Part shown: positions 60,171 to 64,000 of the stretch, piece after piece | Numbering within the stretch: position 1 is the stretch's first letter | Layout: each line of letters begins with the position of its first letter | Assembly: GCA_002269645.1 (NCBI GenBank) | Contig: NIVC01000104.1 | Coordinates: forward strand, 1-64,000 | Direction: 5' to 3' | DNA from: Macrostomum lignano | Lineage: Eukaryota | DNA: 64,000 bases | Translations under genes and position numbers: made by a program | The notes under the pieces: generated by a model | Databases searched by the model: none | What the model was told of the DNA's origin: nothing | Seen by the model: the letters and a program-made list of their open reading frames with translations, nothing else

Positions 60171-60267
60171 TTATAAAAATGATAAATAATGAATTCCAGG
60201 AGGTGCCAGAAACTCGAAATCCCCAGCAACAGCCAATACAGCGTCAGCTTCAACTGTAATCCCAACC

Positions 60268-61115
60268 ATGTCTAGCCATCATTATCACCATTCTGCCACG
60301 CCTTCGACTTCATCTGCTGCGGACTCTGTTGCCATGGTAACGGCGTCTTCATCTGGTGGCGGCGGAGGCGGCAACGGCGGTTCCGGCAGCGACGCTATAG
60401 GCAAGCGACTCGGACACGCCAAGAAGGCCAGCGAAGTGTCCGTAGTGTCCGGCCGGACAGTCTACACAGACTCGGACAGCGACGATGAGCTGTCCTACGC
60501 GCAGGCGATGGCCGCGGTGGGTGCCGGCCGCGCCCAGCAGCAGCAAATGCAGCAGCAACAGCATCAGCAGCAAAAGCAGGAGCACCACGGCAAGCAGAAG
60601 AAACGGAAGAGCCCCAGCTCGGGTTGGGATATTTTAACATCGATCGGACCTGCCGCTCCCGGTTCCGGCGCTGCTGGCGGAGCTTCGTCTGGCGCCGGAA
60701 CTTCCGGCAACGCGGCTGCGTCCGGCGCTTCGGCCACTGCAGCGTCGGGCCCGGCTGGCAGAGCTGGCGGAGTCGGAGATGCCAGCGCCGCTGGAGCGCT
60801 TCGAGCGCCGGCCAAGTGCGAGGGCTATCTGTTCAAGAGGCGGCGCTTCCCGCTGAAGGGCTGGCACAAGCGGTGGTACGTGTGCGACAAGGGCTTCTTC
60901 TACTATGCCAAGTCCGCTAACGAGATGAAGACGCTGGGTAAGAATGCTTGCCGTCTGTGTGTCTGTGTGTCTGTCTGTCTGTCTGTCTGTCTGTCTTAGT
61001 GTCTTAGTGTCTGTCTGTCTGTCTTAGTGTCTTAGTGTCTTAGTGTCTTAGTGTCTGTCTGTCTGTCTGTGTGTCTGTGTGTCTGTGTGTCTGTCTGTCT
61101 TTCTGTCTGTGTGTG

Positions 61116-61178
<63 letters not shown>

Positions 61179-61249
61179 GTGTCTGTCTGTCTTTCTGTCT
61201 GTTAGTCTGTCTGTCTGTTAGTCTGTCTGTCTGTCTGTCTGTCTGTCTT

Positions 61250-61326
<77 letters not shown>

Positions 61327-63764
61327 TAGTCTGTCTGTCTGTCTGTCTGTCTGTCTTTCTGTCTGTCTCTGTCTGTCTGTCTGTCTGTCTGTCTGTCCAG
61401 AGTGTACAGGCTCTGGGTACAGGCTAAGGTACACCTGTGTGAGCGTGTGCATGAGTGCGTGCCTGCGTACAGTATTGACGCGCTTGTATGTGCTGTCAGC
61501 GCTGATTTGACGCTGTGCCAGTGTGAGGAGGTGAGGCTGTTTTATAGCTAGCTGAGATCATGAACTGAACCGAGCCTCCCATTAGTCCCGTGCTTTTCGA
61601 AATGCAGCATGATTTTGCTTGTCATGAGATGTACTTCTCAATCTAGTAGAGATTGTACTTTTCGATAACTATTTGTGTTTTTTGTTAGTAATAATAATTA
61701 TTATTCCAGTTTCAAATGTTAATCAGAGTGCAAAGGTTAAAGAACTTTTTTCCATTGCTCACTGTTACACAGTGGAAGACTCATATTGTAATGTATATAC
61801 GTATCGTGCATGCCTTCAGGGTGTGGTCTGGGCAGTGAGGTCAGAATACTGCTGTGTAGAAGGTGTGGAGAGAGAGAGTGAGCACAGAGGGTTTTGCACT
61901 GTATGTACACGTTTAAATTGCCAAGCTAGACTCAACACTGTTTTTGCTTTAGTCTAAAGTCCTGCTTTTTCAGCGGGTGGCACGATGCACGACTGTCAAA
62001 TAAGAAAATATGGCGTGACTGTTTTTACCTGCTGTTTGTCTGAGTCTTTGGGGGGGGGGGCGAGGTGCTAGCAAGGCATTTTATACTTTATTTTTTTGTC
62101 ACTTTCACTGCTGTCTGTTTAATATATTTTTGATATTGAAATGCGGGCTCTTTTGGGGTGTTATGTCTGTGTGGAATTGTTTAACAAAAATAGTTTCAGT
62201 TTGTTTTATTAACTTTACTAATTGTGTGTGTTAGCCCCTGTTACCCATTTTAAAATTGAGATCTTACACTTAGGAGTCGTCTTTTGTCCCTGAAAATCGC
62301 TCTTTGTCCTTGGAAATCGCCCTTCGTCCTTGGGAATCGCCCTTTTTCTTCGGGAATCGCCCTTCGTCCTTGGAAATCGCCCTTTTTCTTCGGGAATCGC
62401 CCTTCGTCCTTGGGAATCGCTCTTTGTCCTCGGGAATCGCCCTTTGTCCTTGGAAATCGCCCTTTATCCTTTGGGAATTGCCCTTTGTCCTTGGGAATCG
62501 CCCTTTGTCCTTGGGAATCGCCCTTTGTCTTTGGGAATCGCCCTTTGTCCCTGGAAATCGCCCTTTGTCCTCAGGAATCGCCCTTTGTCCTTGTGAATCG
62601 CCCTTTGTTCTTAGGAATCGCTCATTATCCTCGGGAATTTTTCTTTATCTTTGGGAATCGACCTTTTATCCTTGGGAATCACCCTTTATCGATTGTGAAT
62701 CGACCTTTATCTCTGGGGATCACAATTTAACTTAGAGAATGAGGAAATTCCAATTTCCAATCCTCATTAAAAATAAATGCCTATCTCCGATGAAATGCCG
62801 TGCATGATTCGGGCCAATTACTATAAATGGCAATTTTATTTACCTAAGGCAAGATTAGATTGGTAAGAGACAACATGCTTTATGTGTTGGTCTCACTCGT
62901 TGAAAACGTTACCTCGTGACAAGAATCGCTAAAGAGTCATTGCAAACAGCTCACGAAGGGACTCTAGCGACTCTGGAACGACTCTTATACTTTTTTTGTT
63001 ATGAAATGCAAAATGCGATTCTGATTTATTAAGTGACGCAAATGCGCTTCAGACGCAACTCAGTGATTCTATACAGCGACTCCAGCACGCCTCAGATCTG
63101 ACTGTACGGCCCCTATCGCACGAAAATCATTACAATCATGCCACGCCTAGCCTCAATTACCCCAGCTAATGCTGGCACCCATTTTGCAGCTGGGTGAACT
63201 GAAGCAATGCAGAGTTAAGTGTATTTTGCTCAAGGACACAAATTGTTCCAGTGGGACTGGGAATCGAACCCCCGACCTTCCAGTTGTGAGTCCGACGCCA
63301 CTAGGCTACAACCCCTTGTTTTCAAAACAAAAATGATCAATACAATGAATACTGTAGAAGTTTTAATATAACAAAAACCACAACAGGCCGTTACCATGGC
63401 AACATCGACCTTGGCAACTCGTTCATCAGCTACAAGCGCAGCCGGCGCCGTATTCACATAGACGCCGGCTCCATAGTACATCATGTCCGTTGTAAACGCA
63501 ACGAAGATTTCGAAATGTGGATTGGCCAGTTGAACTGTCACCGGACTTATCGACACCTGCAGCTGCAGAATCAGCCTCCATCCGGTACGGGAAATCCGCA
63601 GTTTGCTGCCGCTGGTGTCGCCTCGCCGCTGCCTGTGCAGCTGCTGCCGCCGGCTATTGTCGCTGCCATCAGCGGTGGCGGCGGTGGTGGTGGCAGAGGC
63701 GGCAGCAGCGGTGGCGCCGGTAACGACCTACCAGACGCTCCTGTTGTGCCGATGTCACCGGCTG
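60268..63764 (+). CDS. Oxysterol-binding protein-related protein (OSBPL3/6/7 subfamily), first two coding exons seen; partial
   Basis: Exons 60268..60937 and 63387..63764 join in phase 1 to give the PH domain [34 protein letters not shown]...[56 protein letters not shown], which matches the ORP3/6/7 PLKGWHKR signature. The gene continues beyond the window; an upstream exon is not excluded. Confidence 0.88.
60952..61396. repeat. (GTCT)n microsatellite in the ORP intron
   Basis: Direct periodicity. Confidence 0.96.
62284..62720. repeat. 20-bp minisatellite (GGGAATCGCCCTTTGTCCTT) in the ORP intron
   Basis: About 21 degenerate units; translations have a 20-aa period. Confidence 0.92.
63150..63315 (-). 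mobile_element. tRNA-derived SINE with an intact 5' head, 3'-truncated
   Basis: Minus strand GGGGTTGTAGCCTAGTGGCGTCGGACTCACAACTGGAAGGTCGGGGGTTCGATTCCC...GTGTCCTTGAGCAAAATACACTTAACTCTGCATTGCTTCAGTTCACCCAGC. Confidence 0.85.
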
Positions 63765-64000
63765 GTGAGTTTGTCTGCTTCTGCTTATTTTAATCAATTT
63801 AAATATCTAATTTCCGTGTGTGTGTTCATTTGATTGATTTGCTACTGGGAACTGTACAGAAATTCGAATTTTATCATCTATTCGTGATGTAGTGTATATT
63901 AATTGCATAGTTTAAATTCAATTCATAGAGTGCTTAGATTGACGGAGATGAAAATGAGAGGATAGATAGATAGATATGAGAGGATAGAGAGATAGACATG

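Noticed and set aside
63250-63315. Possible functional tRNA gene
   Set aside because: The D-arm is partly deleted, the acceptor stem does not close, and the sequence continues into the SINE body shared with three other copies.

Overview
This is eukaryotic (metazoan) genomic DNA with GT-AG introns and no prokaryotic features or CRISPR array. The compact GC-rich exons, dense intronic satellites and gene families suggest a free-living flatworm such as Macrostomum, but that is inference only. Spliced genes reconstructed by hand: (1) a 4-exon, 1277-aa TRPM-like channel with about 6 N-terminal ankyrin repeats (minus, 3501-8107), plus the 5' exon of a paralogue at the window edge (1-484) that has an in-frame TAG; (2) two tandem copies of a secreted PAN/Apple-like + ALK/LTK-type glycine-rich protein (minus; 9828-14684 has a nonsense codon, 17699-20266 is intact, 417 aa); (3) a 6-exon, 174-aa four-EF-hand calmodulin-like protein (minus, 21938-24724); (4) a 3-exon, 471-aa MFSD4/NaGLT1-like MFS transporter (minus, 28720-33059); (5) a 14-exon, 777-aa divergent GABA-B-like class C GPCR (plus, 34070-49292); (6) two 5' coding exons of an OSBPL3/6/7-type PH-domain protein (plus, 60268-63764, continuing beyond the window). 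More than 25 distinct micro- and minisatellites occupy a large part of the window, roughly one per large intron, and they explain almost all of the long low-complexity ORFs in the track. Mobile DNA includes TIR elements with recognisable TSDs, a foldback element, a candidate solo LTR and a tRNA-derived SINE family whose 5' A-box segment has been amplified into a minisatellite.
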